A stretch of DNA of 64,000 nt from Eledone cirrhosa (GCA_964016885.1 OZ024742.1:255130001-255194000); one strand, 5' to 3'. Shown: positions 24,075-36,989, numbered from the stretch's first letter. Numbers and translations are program-made. Notes: generated from the sequence alone by a model not told the origin.

Positions 24075-24590
24075 ACACTTGGTAAGTGGTAATCCTAGTG
24101 CTACTATAAAATACATCCAGAACTCTCTGTAGAATGATAGTGTCTGTGCTACAATAAATTATGCCTGGTATATTCTAAAAAGTGGTAGTGCTGGTGCTAC
24201 AATAAAGTACATCTGGTACATTCTGAAAAGTGGTAGTGCTGGTGCTACAATAAAGTACATCTGGTACATTCTGTAAAGTGGTAGTACTGATGCTATGATA
24301 AAATACATCTAGTACACTCTGTAATATAGCAGCTGATGCTATGATCAAATACACCCAGTACACACTGTAAAGGGGCTGGTGACACAAAGGGCATCCAGCT
24401 GAAGTAGCTATGTCGAAACTGAAATGTAAGTAAGTAAGAGGGCAGTAACTCAGATTAAGTACAGATTTAGTCCTTGACAACCCATCCAACACATCATGCC
24501 AGGGCTGTGACAACCCATCTAACCCATGCTGGCATAGTCAGGACAACCGATGTCAATATGCAATAATGGACATTAGATGATGATGATCTC
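24075..24590 (+). repeat. ~48-bp tandem repeat (~6 copies) running into an RTE-type 3' tail
   Basis: The unit CTACAATAAAGTACATCTGGTACATTCTGAAAAGTGGTAGTGCTGGTG is followed by AAAGGGCATCCAGCTG...AACCCATGCTGGCAT...(GAT)n. Confidence 0.75.
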
Positions 24591-25184
24591 TAATCATTTA
24601 ATTATCAAATATGCTCCTCTACCTCATCATCATCATCATCATCACCATTTTATGTCTATTTTCCATTTTGAGATAATATGGTATATATTATATCATTAAT
24701 AAAGTTAAAGGGATTATTGCTAATGAAGTTAACCCTTTAAATTACTGAACCCAGACTCCATTTACTGAAACCTCAGTCACAATGTAAAGATATTAACGGG
24801 CGTATTCATAATGTAAAGATGTAGAAGAAGGTGAGAGAATTATACTGAATATACAGTCGGCATATCGTTAATCTTGTCACCATGAAGGCAATTAAAATGT
24901 AATTAGTGATCTTGACTTGATGTCCAAACATGAAATGAGCTCAACTCATTTGTAATTTCGTATGTAGAAACTCAAATGAAATGCAATTTATCATATATAC
25001 ACATCAAGCAGTAAAAGAGAGATTTGCATATTTAACACTGGACATTATAAAGCACCAGTTGCATCACATTCAGGTTATCTCTGACAAGGGGTTAGTGTTC
25101 AAAATATTGATGTATGTAGGGGAAACTGACGTTCATCCGGATGATGGTGACACTGATAATAAACTGAAAACAGATCTAATTACT

Positions 25185-25690
25185 AAGTTGTTGTTGCTGT
25201 TATTGTTGTTATTGTTGTTATTGTTGTTGTTATTGTTGCTGTTGCTGCTGCTGTTGCTATTTCTTGCAGTGGTATAGTGAGCAACTGTAGATAATAGTGT
25301 TGATGGTGACTTTTAATAACAGAATGAGAACAGCAATGATGATGACAAAGGTGTAAGTAACCATGGAAATGATGCTATAGATGATGATGGTGATGATAAA
25401 CATAATGGTGGTGATGTTGATGAACATGACAATGATGTTGATTGTGACGATGGGGACAGAGTAGATGGTGATGGTGATGAGGATCTTGGTGATGATAGTG
25501 ATGGTGATGATGATAATGGTGACAATGACGATGATGGTGAAGGTTATGACGGTGATGGTTATGATGATAATGGTGACAATGATGATAACGATAACAATGA
25601 CAATGATGATGATGATGGTCATAATGATGTTGATGACATTGATGATAGGAATATGTGGTTGACAATGATGACAGCATCAATGATAAGGAG
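25185..25690. repeat. Low-complexity (GTT)n and degenerate (GAT/GGT)n tract
   Basis: Read directly; it produces spurious poly-L/M/H ORFs. Confidence 0.9.
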
Positions 25691-25749
25691 GAATATGATA
25701 AAACATAGTCTTCATATGAACATATTTTAAATATATCATTAATATAATC

Positions 25750-26990
25750 ATTTAATGTCTGTTTTCCTTAATAATTCCTGACTATATACATAAATCCCTC
25801 TTCTCTTTTGCAAATGCTACCCATCCCAATGATGGTATTCACTACCTTATCTCAAGTTTTGCTGGTTCTACCTCTTTCATGGATCCCAGCTACTAAGATT
25901 TCTCTGCCTTTCTTTATACAGCTGTTATGTTCCATGGTATGGCATCACATGTTCATATCAACAGAGACTTCTCCCTTGCACACTGCATTAAAATCTGGTT
26001 ATATTAAGTTTTTCTCTCAGCTCACTTATGCTAGTTTGTTTATACACACTAACATGCACACATTTAATTTTTTCTAGCCTTTGCAGGTCTTTGGCAGTCA
26101 ATGCCTGTCTCACTGCCATGTAGCATTGTATTTTATATGCAGGCATCATAGAGTCTACTCTTCACTCTTAGAGAATGGTCCATTGTTCTCAGAAGAGTTA
26201 CCAGCATTCTAAACTTCTACCAGCATATACTTACCATGGCTGTCACACTTTCAGAACATCTTACCCCACTGCTGATTAGATCCCTTGTGTAACAAAGGAT
26301 GTCAACAATGTTTTAGGAGCCTACCTGGCAACTGAGGATATCTATTTTATGTGTGCTTTTAGTACAAACTTCTGGCAGCTGCCGCATACAAAATCTATTT
26401 TCTTTGTTAACTTTCACTATACCTTTTGTGTGTCTAAACATTACACTGCACCTTATGGAATGTGTGCCCATCTATTTTCGACACATTGAGCAAGGCTAAG
26501 TATAATTTTATGAGTTTTTATTCTAGATTTTTCTTCCACGCTACAAATATTGCCTCTAATTCTCCTATGGATTCAGCTAAAAGGAGCCTTCTTAGAGCTC
26601 ACAGATAATAGAGTGAAAGAGGAGCATGCCAAAAGCCTTTTCACAATCTACAAAAGCTGTATAGAAAGGTTTACTTTTAGCAAATATTTCTTCTACAGTT
26701 GTCTCACAAGGAAGAATCCTAACTGCATCTGTTCTAGGTTGATTCCCTTCCTAATTAGTTGTGCTATAACCCTTTTAATAACTTGCATGACTTCTGTAGT
26801 TATGTCCCTCATGAGTGTCTCTTTTGCCCTTAGCAGATAACAATGATAGTGCTAACCAGTCATTGTGTATGACACGATACTGCCCTGCTTGATTATCTAT
26901 GCATCTGCCTAGCTCCTAACATACTATGCCAGGTGATTTTAGCAACTCAGCACACCAATGGAAATAACCACCATTCTGTTTACATAGAGA
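25750..26990 (-). mobile_element. Highly decayed RTE-clade LINE
   Basis: Minus-strand remnants RVIAQLIRKGI, FYTAFVDCEKAF, LAESIGELEA and a YDACI..MLHGSET-like segment. Confidence 0.75.
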
Positions 26991-27141
26991 TGTATATAAG
27001 ACTGAAAATTAGTGACAAAATACATTCACCTTATGATAATGGAGAATATAGGCTTTTGTCAACAAGGACTACAAAACTGCTAGTTTCTTTAATGTTTAAC
27101 TAATACCATGTACAAATATATATGTATTACCTATATGTTTA

Positions 27142-27233
<92 letters not shown>

Positions 27234-27772
27234 TTTAAATATATAAATTGATTGTAGCACTAAAATAGCATTATTCATAATAGGGGTTTATGTGACAAAA
27301 TATGAGAACCTCACTATATATAAAAAAAAAGAAATTCGTTATGAAAAGGTTTTTTCCGATTTTGTTTTCTTTGAAAATGTTAGACATTTCTGTGGCTATT
27401 GTAAATTCCAAACAACTGTTTCAAGATTCATTAATCAGTGACATTCATTCAACCAGTATTGAGATGAAAATAGGCTAAAGCTTATATAGATTTTGTGTAT
27501 TGAACATTTGTTGGAGATGCTTAGGGTACATAATCATATAGTATATGATTCCATATACACCCCTATTGTGCACAACACTACCTTAGTGCTACAGCCAACT
27601 GATTATAACTAGCTAAGTTCTCACTATACGCAAATGAGCATCTCCATATACATCGAGAGAGAAAGAGAGAGATAGATAGATAAATAGGTATACATACATA
27701 TATAGGTATATATACATATAAACATATATACATATGTATATATATATATAATATATATATATAATATATATG

Positions 27773-27848
<76 letters not shown>

Positions 27849-27852
<4 letters not shown>

Positions 27853-28143
27853 TCATCATCATCATTGTTTAACGTCTACCTTCCATGCTAACATGGGTTA
27901 GACGGGAATTGTCCCACTTGAGGCAAGATTGGTCGGGTGACCGTGTCACACTCGTATAGGACTATCTGGCAGGTTTTCTACGGCTAGATGCCCTTCCTAA
28001 CACCAACCACATTTACAGTGTGGACTGGGAGCTTTTTACCGTGTTACCTACACGACCACATTACAGCGTGGACTGTGTGTTTTTTTATGTTGTGACACCT
28101 ACACAACCTCATTAGTTTGGACTGGATGTTGTGGTACCAACAT
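27849..28143 (-). mobile_element. RTE 3' UTR fragment with (GAT)n tail
   Basis: Reverse-complement match to ~3690-3985. Confidence 0.88.
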
Positions 28144-28254
28144 ATGTATATAATATGGATCTTCAGCCACCCATCTGTGAAACATTCGTAACTGAGCATA
28201 ATCAATAAAAACCTATGTGAACCTCGTTTTGTATTTAATATATATATTTATATA

Positions 28255-28350
<96 letters not shown>

Positions 28351-28606
28351 TTGTAAACGGAATAGAAAATGCTGACAAATTGTTCACAGTGAAAAATAGT
28401 TTAATTAGGAATAAGTTTGAATTAGTAATAGTATTGGTTAGTATTCAGTTTTGGTTTTAAGTTTTACCGGTTGCGCATTTCTAATGCTTTTCAAAAATAA
28501 TTTTGAGATAGAGCGTCCGTGATGTTTGCTCTGATCTGATTAGTTTTGGGAATTCTACATGTTTTTATGTTAAAAAAGTGGCTCTAGCGGTATTAAAATA
28601 AGTTTT

Positions 28607-30471
28607 GCGCCAATTCGTGTTGCATAAATTCAAAAAACGAGACAATCACTTGATCACCTATAGATCAGGGAAACACGCCAGTCAGATAGATTATATCCTT
28701 ACCAGAAGACATGATAGAGTGTCTGTTGTAAACACTAAATCCCTCCCCCATGAAGAATGCACCTCCCAACATAGACTCATAGTCAGCGACCTCATAGTCA
28801 GGACAAGACGTACTCGACAACAGATTTTTCAGGAGAAAAATATGGAAGTTAAAGGACCCCACAGCCAGTAATAAATTTAAAAGCATATTACTTGATGCTT
28901 TTGACAGTAAGGAAGAGCAATTAGATTCGTACAATATAGAGGAACAGTGGGAATTCCTGAAAGCTAACCTGCTGAAGGCAGCAGATGAAGTCTGTGTCTG
29001 GAGCAGGCCTATAGGCAGGAGGAGAATAACGTGGTGGTGGAACAGTAAGGTGGAGGAGTCAATTAAGGCCAAAAAGCAGGCTTGGAAAGTATGGCGGGAT
29101 GGGGGAAGTAGAGAAGACTATCAAGTGGTCAGGAGGGAAGCTAGGAGACAAGTGTACTCCACAAGAATCAATGGCTGAACTATAGAAGAAATTCCAAACA
29201 TGGAAGCATGGCCTAGAATCAAAAGGCCTTAAAGTTAACTTCTCTAAGACTAAATTTCTAGTTTGAAGGAAAGAAAATAAGGCACCGTTCCCATCTGGGA
29301 AATAGCCATGCTCAGTGTGTAGGAAAGGAGTAGGCAGAAAATCCATGTGATGTCCCAAATGCAAAGTATGGGTGCATAAAAGATGTAGCGGGATCACAGG
29401 TAAGCTAACTAAGAATATAGATTTTATATGTGGCCGGTGCTCTGGTGCAATAAGTAGCAGCAAGTGCCCAGAGAATACTAGCTCATTCCATTGCACAGAT
29501 GGTTCTATATAAATAGTGGACACCTTCCGTTACCTGGGTGACAAAATCAGCAGTGGGGGAGGGTGCTCTGAAAGTACAATAGCTAGAGTCAGAACGGGAT
29601 GGAAAAAGTTCAAAGAGCTTATACCACTATTGGCCGCTAAAGGGTTCTCTCTAAAAATGAAAGGCTGGTTGTATGATGCCTGCATACGAACAGCAATGTT
29701 ACATGGCAGTGAGACCTGGGCATTGTGTGCAGAGGATATACGCAGACTGGAGAGGAACGAAGCTTGCATGCTCCGCTGGATGTGTAATAGTAATATACCT
29801 GAACGGCAAAGCATAAACGAACTAAGGAAGAAATTAGGAATAAGAGGGATCAGATGTTGTTTACTCGAGAGAAGACTACGTTGGTACGGTCACGTGATGC
29901 GCATGAAAGACGACAGCCGTATAAAAAAGTGCAGGGCGATAAAAATAGACGGTAACCACGGAGTAGGCAGACCCAGAAAAACCTGGGACGACTTGATAAA
30001 TTCCGACCTCACACCTCACACCTCTCCAAGATAATGTCACTGGACCGATATCTTTGGCGCTACACAGAAGACCCGCCTTGCCTAAGTACAAAGTGAAACC
30101 TACAGTCAGTAGGCACCTCTAACAAAAATATACCCCTGTCCCACTACCCCACCCCATCCGAACCACCCCTTCAATGTGAAGTTATGTTGGTACAACAACA
30201 TCCAGTCCGAAACAAATGAGGTCGTGTAGGTGTCACGACAAAAAAACACAGTCCACGCTGTAATGTGGCCGTGTAGGTAACACGATAAAAACCTCCCAGT
30301 CCACACTGTAAACGTGGTTGGTGTTAGGAAGGGCATCCAGTCGTAGAAAACCCGCCAGACTGTCCTATACGAGCAGGACAACCAATCTTGCCTCAAGTGG
30401 GAAAACTCCCATCCAAACCCATGCAAGCGTGGAAGATGGACGTTAAACGATGATGATGATGATGATGATGA
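28607..30471 (+). mobile_element. RTE-clade LINE, 5'-truncated, with the RT core deleted internally
   Basis: APE C-terminus (ITYRSG..SQIDYIL..SQHRLIV) and the TWWWN motif are followed by an abrupt jump near 29165 to the region after the catalytic DD. Then FRYLGD, MLHGSETW and a (GAT)n tail. Confidence 0.9.
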
Positions 30472-30532
30472 AGATATGTGGAAAAATAAGAAATCGGAGA
30501 ACAGACCGTTAATACATGTTTATTTAAAACAG

Positions 30533-30571
30533 CACCTATGTACGTTTCGCCCAGTTGAGCTTCTCAGGGGC
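30533..30571 (-). ncRNA. Hammerhead ribozyme motif in the inverted PLE terminus (decayed)
   Basis: Minus strand reads GCCC CTGAGAA GCTC-aact-GGGC GAAA cgtaca TA GGTG. Confidence 0.55.
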
Positions 30572-30920
30572 ATAAATAACCAAAAGTGTTCCTTACATGG
30601 CCCGGAAATTGTTTTGGGGGTTAAGTTCACGTCATAGTTCATTCTTCGCATAGTTCATTCTTCGCAAAAAAAGGTGTTAGGGCATTCTTTCCCGGACAAA
30701 TTTTGTATCCGTTACAAGATGTGGTTACAACCTTACCATTGTCGATACGCACAGGGTCAGGTAATCAACGCTTATTTTGAGACGTTTGTTTTTTCTGCAC
30801 CTGCCCGCCTGGGTCATTTGAAGCTGGGTCTGGGATGCATGGTTAGTTTCCTGGATGTTTTTTTGCAGCGCCTGACCGCCGATTGTTAAAGCTTGATGCA
30901 GGAAGACCCGGTACACGGTT

Positions 30921-31757
30921 TCACTCCTCATCCGTATCCCATCTGAAGAAGGATATTTTTAAGCGATGTGTACAGCTTATCGTCGTTTCAGCTCTGCTGT
31001 TGATGAGCTCATGGGAGGCAGTTATGATGTGGTAGAGCTCCATGAAGCAAAGATCGCACTTCCTCTTTAAGTTGTACGGTGCAGCCCTGCCAACAATATC
31101 CCAGTGTGTGGAGAAGATGATGTTTAAGTTTTTTAATGATGTGATGTAGTCCGCGAGCGTAGTGGAGTGTCTTAATTTCTTGTTTGTGAAAGAGTGGAGA
31201 TGTGTTCGAAATCTAATTTTGAACGGGCCAGAGGTAGACCCTATATAATGTTTAACGCTATTGTGGCTAGTTACAGTGCACCTATATATAACCCTATCAG
31301 TCAAGCAGTATCCTCTAAGGGGGCAGTGTCCCCTGTCGTGGCAGTTGCAATTTCTGTCGCGGTTCCTTCTAATTCCCACGGTAAGGCTATCATTATTGCT
31401 ATCTACGTTGTTATCTAGGCTCCCGTACCTGTCATTAGCACCATTAAAACCCACAGTGCGCGGGGTGGTACGATTATGTCCTATGATGTCTGCTAGGTTA
31501 GGAGTAGTAGAGAAGGATATTTTTATATTGTTCTTATTAAGGATTTTTCTATACCTATGGTTGGGCGGGAAGTTCTTCTCTAAGGCTTCGAAGAATATCC
31601 GGGTATGTTGGAGGCCACACTCCGAGAGTAGGGGGTGGAACCATAAGACGTTACGATGGCGATTACGTGTCCTTGTACGTTTGCTACGGGTGCTTCCATC
31701 AAGGTGACCGTTCTTATGCATGTTAATGCGCTGTAGCCCGTTACGTGCCCGTTTCAC
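30921..31757 (-). CDS. GIY-YIG endonuclease region of the inverted PLE arm
   Basis: RNVLWF, CNC...CPLRGYCL, VIYRCTV...KHYIG, FKIRF..H..SF, CDLCFMELYHI and INSRAE. The frame stays open upstream to ~32085. Confidence 0.85.
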   Translation of the reverse strand: MKRARNGLQRINMHKNGHLDGSTRSKRTRTRNRHRNVLWFHPLLSECGLQHTRIFFEALEKNFPPNHRYRKILNKNNIKISFSTTPNLADIIGHNRTTPRTVGFNGANDRYGSLDNNVDSNNDSLTVGIRRNRDRNCNCHDRGHCPLRGYCLTDRVIYRCTVTSHNSVKHYIGSTSGPFKIRFRTHLHSFTNKKLRHSTTLADYITSLKNLNIIFSTHWDIVGRAAPYNLKRKCDLCFMELYHIITASHELINSRAETTISCTHRLKISFFRWDTDEE

Positions 31758-32578
31758 TTTATGCTCGAGTGCACTCTTCTTCCTTCTTCCATGTTTATGT
31801 ACAGGAAGATGTTGGTTGGAAGGCGTTGGTAGTAGGCCGTTGCCTTTGTTTATTTTATAGTAGGGGAATAATTCCAGTAGGCTACAGTGGTCACTGTCAC
31901 CGGGGTCGTGATCTTTATTGTGTGGTAAGTTACCTATACCATCGCCAGTGAAATTGACGTTGCGGCCGTGTTTCTTAGTGCGATTATCTATACTATTATA
32001 TCCGACTCCTACGAAGTCGCCGCGTGATCGGTTATAGGTATGGCTTACTATAACGTTCGTCTCATGAGGATGTAGGAAATTTCTCGGTTAATCCCGGTGC
32101 TTATCAAGGCCCTATTGTAGTAATCTGCCGCTTGGTTGAAAATATCTTCATTGGCGGAGAGCCTCGTGATTCTATGTGAGATGCTATAGACTATGGAGTT
32201 GAGAGTCTGCTTAGGGTGGTTGGAGGCATAATTAATATAAGAAAGGCACTCTCCATGCTTATGGTATAGCTTGTATAGGCCCGTACGGGTGCTTCCATCA
32301 AGGTTCTTATGCATGTTAATGCGCTGTAGCCCGTTATGTGCCCCTTTCACTTTATGCTCGGGTGCACTCTTCTTCCTTATTCCATGTTTATGTACAGGAA
32401 GATATTGGTTGGAAGGCGTTGGTAGTAGGCCGTCGCCCTTGTTTATTTCATAGTAGGGGATTAATTCCAGTAGGCTACAGTGGTCACTGTCACCGGGGTC
32501 GTGATCTTTATTGTGTGGTAAGTTACCTATACCATCGTAAGTTACCTATACCATCACCAGTGTAATTAACGTTGCGTT

Positions 32579-33929
32579 TATTCGGAGAGTCAGATGGAAG
32601 GCCTACCACCTGGATAATAACACCCGTAACCTTCCTGAACCTAAAGAGAGGTATTGCTTCAAAACATACCGAAACCCACCGCACAACACCTTACTAGACT
32701 CCTTTGAGGAGGAACTGTTGAAAATGATCAGAAACGTTTAGTTCAGAAAGAAACACCGATGCAGCAATCCATTCTTAACGTCCCTTGATACACTCATCAC
32801 TAAGATCAAGAATGACCCGCACCTCTTCGTCACCTCCGACAAAACAAAGAAGCTGTACAAGATGGACGCGAGCAAGTATAAAAAGTTCATTTATAAGGAA
32901 CTACACAAAGACTACAAAAAGACACCCTTTAGTACCCTAAATGACATAAATAGAGTAGGGAAGGATATAGTTACCAGCTTAGAAATAGAAAAGTACACTA
33001 ACCCGTACGTCCCTCTAACGCCTAGAATCTCTCTTAAGGATCACAAATGTAACTTTAATGAAAACCATTCTATAAGACTAATATGTCCCTCTACATCTGA
33101 TATAGGTAATATTAGTAAAGTGATCCTCGATAGAGTACTACTGGAGCTTAATAGAAAGGCTAAGGTCTGCCTCTGGGGCAACACCGACCAGGTCATAAAT
33201 TGGTTCACCGTGTTGCCTGATAAAGCGACCCTAAAGTTCATCCAGTTTGACATAGATAGTTACTACGCCTCTATCTCCCCCATACTCTTAAATAAGGCAC
33301 TCATATTAGCTAAATCTAACACTAACCTCACTAAAAAAGAAATAGACATAGTTCTAGCGGCGCGTAGAACTATTATCCAGTTCGAAGGCTCCCACTGGAC
33401 CAGAACCAACCGTCCTGATAGCTTCGATATCACGATGGGGTCCTGCGACTCAGCGCAAGCAACTGACCTGGTCGGAATATACCTCCTCCATAATATTAGG
33501 GACGAGATACCGGCCCTACAAGGAGGTGTATATAGGGACGACGGCCTGTTTACCGTTAGGAACAATAGCCATCGTAGGATAGAGAACCTTAAGAATCATA
33601 TACACAGGTTCTTCAAGTCATACGGCCTATCCGTAACTATAGACCTCAACCACCAGGTTCTCAACTTCCTGGACGTGAGCCTGGAGTTGTGTACGGGCCT
33701 ATACAAGCCATACCATAAGCCTGGAGAGTGCCTTTCTTATATTGATTATGCCTCCAACCACCCTAAGCAGACTCTCAACTCCATAGTCTATAGCATATCA
33801 CATAGAATCTCGAGGCTCTCCGCCAATGAGGATATTTTCAACCAAGCGGCAGATTACTACAATAGGGTCTTGATAAGCACCGGGTTTAACCGAGAAATTT
33901 CCTACATCCTCATGAGACGAACGTTATAG
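32579..33929 (+). pseudogene. PLE reverse transcriptase (355-aa open part at 32862-33929; one upstream stop)
   Basis: IRRVRWKAY, SDKTKKLY, QFDIDSYYASI, FDITMGS, GVYRDDGL, NFLDVSL, YKPYHKP and SNHP. Confidence 0.9.
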
Positions 33930-35266
33930 TAAGCCATACCTATAACCGATCACGCGGCGACTTCGTAGGAGTCGGATATACTAGTATAGATAATCGCACT
34001 AAGAAACACGGCCGCAACGTTAATTTCACTGGCGATGGTATAGGTAACTTACCACACAATAAATATCACGACCCCGGTGACAGTGACCACTGTAGCCTAC
34101 TGGAATTATTCCCCTACTATAAAATAAACAAAGGCAACGGCCTACTACCAACGCCTTCCAACCAACATCTTCCTGTACATAAACATGGAAGAAGGAAGAA
34201 GAGTGCACTCGAGCATAAAGTGAAACGGGCACGTAACGGGCTACAGCGCATTAACATGCATAAGAACGGTCACCTTGATGGAAGCACCCGTAGCAAACGT
34301 ACAAGGACACGTAATCGCCACCGTAACGTCCTATGGTTCCAACCCCACCACCACCACCCCCGCCCCTACTCTCGGAGTGTGGCCTCCAACATACCCCTGA
34401 TATTCTTCGAAGCCTTAGAGAAGTACTTCCCGCCCAACCATAGGTATAGAAAAATCCTTAATAGGAACAATATAAAAATATCCTTCTCTAGTACTCCTAA
34501 CCTAGCAGACATCATAGGAATAACGAACCACAGTAAGATCACTAAGACACAGCACCTTAGCACAGACGCACCTACACCTGAATAACTATATCGGCCTTAA
34601 CGACTCCCTAGCAGCATCCAATAGTGCTGGCAACAGCCTCTACAGACGCAACCAGCATAACCGCGACATGACTGGGGAACATGCAGGATATGAAGTGCGG
34701 AATAATAATCGTACCACGCCGCACACTGTGGGTTATAATGGTGCTAATGACAGGTGCAGGAGCGTAGATAAGATAACAACGTAGATAGCAATAATGATAG
34801 CCTTACCGTGGGAATTAGTAGAAACCGCGACAGAAATTGCAACTGAAGCGACAGGGGACGCTTCCCCCTTAGAGGATACTGCTTGACTGATAGGGTTATA
34901 TATAGGTGCACTGTAACTAGCCACACTAGCGTTAAACATTATATAGGGGCTACCTCTGGGCCGTTCAAAATTAGATTTCAAACACATCTCCACTCTTTCA
35001 CAAATAAGAAATTAAGACACTCCACTTCGCACGCAGACTACATCTCATCATTAAAAGACTTAAACATCAGCTTCTCCACGCACTGGGATATTGTTAGCAG
35101 GGCTGCATCGTACAACTTCAAGAGGAAGTGCGATCTTGGCTTCATGGAGCTCTACCACATCATAACTGCCTCCCATGAGCTCATCAACAGCAGAGCTGAA
35201 ACGACGATAAGCTGTACACATCGCTTAAAAATATCCTTCTTCAGATGGGATAAGGATGAGGAGTGA
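33890..35266 (+). pseudogene. PLE linker + GIY-YIG endonuclease, in a different frame from the RT and disrupted
   Basis: The frame is open 33890-34585 (RNVLWF...FPPNHRYRKILN). VIYRCTV...KHYIG lies at 34883-35266. Confidence 0.85.
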
Positions 35267-35642
35267 AACCGTGTACCGGGTCTCCCTGCAACAAGCTTTA
35301 ACAATCGGCGGTCAGGCGCTGCAAAAAAACATCCAGGAAACTAACCATGCATCCCAGACCCAGCTTCAAATGACCCAGGCAGGCAGGTGCAGAAAAAACA
35401 ACAGTCTCAAAATAAGCGTTGATTACCCGACCCTGTGCGAATCGACAATGGTAAGGTTGTAACCACATCTTGTAACGGATATAAAATTTGTCCGGGAATG
35501 ACTGCCCTAACACCGGCCAAAGTTACCTCCCTTGACCTACTGCAAATCAAAACACGTTTTTTTGGCGAAGAATGAACTATGACGTGAACTTAACCCCCAA
35601 AACACTTTCCGGGTAATGTAAGGAACACTTTTAGTTATTTAT

Positions 35643-35680
35643 GCCCTTGAGAAGCCCAACTGGGCGAAACGTACGTAGGT
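35643..35680 (+). ncRNA. Hammerhead ribozyme motif in the PLE 3' terminus, U3-A8 core variant
   Basis: GCCC TTGAGAA GCCC-aact-GGGC GAAA CGTACG TA GGT, with AATAAA ~10 nt downstream. Confidence 0.65.
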
Positions 35681-35897
35681 GGTGTTTTAAATAAACATGT
35701 ATTAACTGTCTGTTTTCCTATTTCTTACTTTTCCACGTGCTTACGCTCTGCTAACTCTCTTGCCCACTAAATATTAACATTTCTAATATTTAATACTGCC
35801 GGCACTAGTATTGAGTTCCTTCTGCATACGCTATTTGGCAAATAACTACATGTATCACCTATTCTTCCCTTTTTTTCTCTCTCTCGATACCTAAATA

Positions 35898-36070
<173 letters not shown>

Positions 36071-36989
36071 TAGAGAGTAATAATAATTATGAAGGCCAAA
36101 ATCTGGAGAGCGCTCGATAAGGATTGTATATATATATATATATAAAAATATATATATAAACCCATAGAGCAAATATTTATTATTAGTACATATAATTGCT
36201 GTTTTCCTCCTATTACAGGATCTTCTGCAACTGCTTCAGAATATCCCGAAATAAGTATTAGAGTAGAAAGGAAAGTGACATAGATAGCAACCTATAGGCT
36301 TCAAGTATTCTTGGTACTGTTGGAGTAAAATATGTCAAAGCGAAAGAAAGGATTATGATATTTGTGCAACGAAAGTTTTGGAAATCATGACAGGGAAGAA
36401 TTTACTAAACTCTGGGCAGGATAGAATATTCAACTGTAAGAATAAGTACCAAAACATTCTCTAAATACAGTCCAAGCTAACCCATGATTAGATCCTTCAA
36501 CTTCATTTTCATTTTCTCTTTAAACTTATCTCCTTTGATTGGCCAATCTTTATAATAAAGATGACTGGTGCCAAATCTACCATTTCAAATTCCCCCTCAA
36601 GAAATGAAGAGGAATTGAGGCTCTAGGAATTCTGTGATGCAAATAAACTACGAATCTGCAACTCAAATTTAAGGAAATCAGCTAGCTATCTGATTTCATA
36701 TCAATCAAACAAACACACAAGCCAAATTGATTACTTTCTTGTTAGGCAACAAGATAAATGGACTGTGATAAATACTAAGGCGTTCTCCGGCGAATACACC
36801 GCCCAACACTAGATAGTTACGAGTGACATCAGAATAACACAAGACAGAACATGATACACAGAAAAATATGCAGATGGAGGGTTCGGAAGCTAAAGGATCT
36901 CTCGGTTAAATATAGGTTTAGAAACACCCAACAGGGTGCATTTGATGCGAGGGGTGATGAGGTGGATAATTATAATGTAGAGAACAACT

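Larger units (their letters stand above)
30475..35737. mobile_element. Penelope-like element (RT + GIY-YIG) on the + strand, preceded by a ~2.1-kb inverted copy of its 3' half
   Basis: 30475-~32290 is the reverse complement of ~33690-35737 with indels, and 32283-32575 is the reverse complement of ~34013-34290. The ORF track shows mirrored peptides. Confidence 0.92.

Noticed and set aside
24733-25091. Second piggyBac-like MITE (TTAA CCCTT ... AAGGGG TTAG)
   Set aside because: The TIR match is only ~5 bp and the right TTAA is imperfect.
25257-25680. His-, Met- or Ile-rich ORFs (also 23159-23488 and 47782-48739)
   Set aside because: They are degenerate trinucleotide repeats open in several frames, with no domain or splice evidence.
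26527-26668. Apparent + strand exon (AG...GT, ORF 26550-26840)
   Set aside because: The minus strand is a decayed RTE RT (AFVDCEKAF, LAESIGELEA), which explains the sequence.
33881-33902. Programmed -1 slippery sites GGGTTTA and AAATTTC
   Set aside because: Both are in the wrong phase relative to the RT frame, and GGGTTTA is not conserved in the inverted arm.
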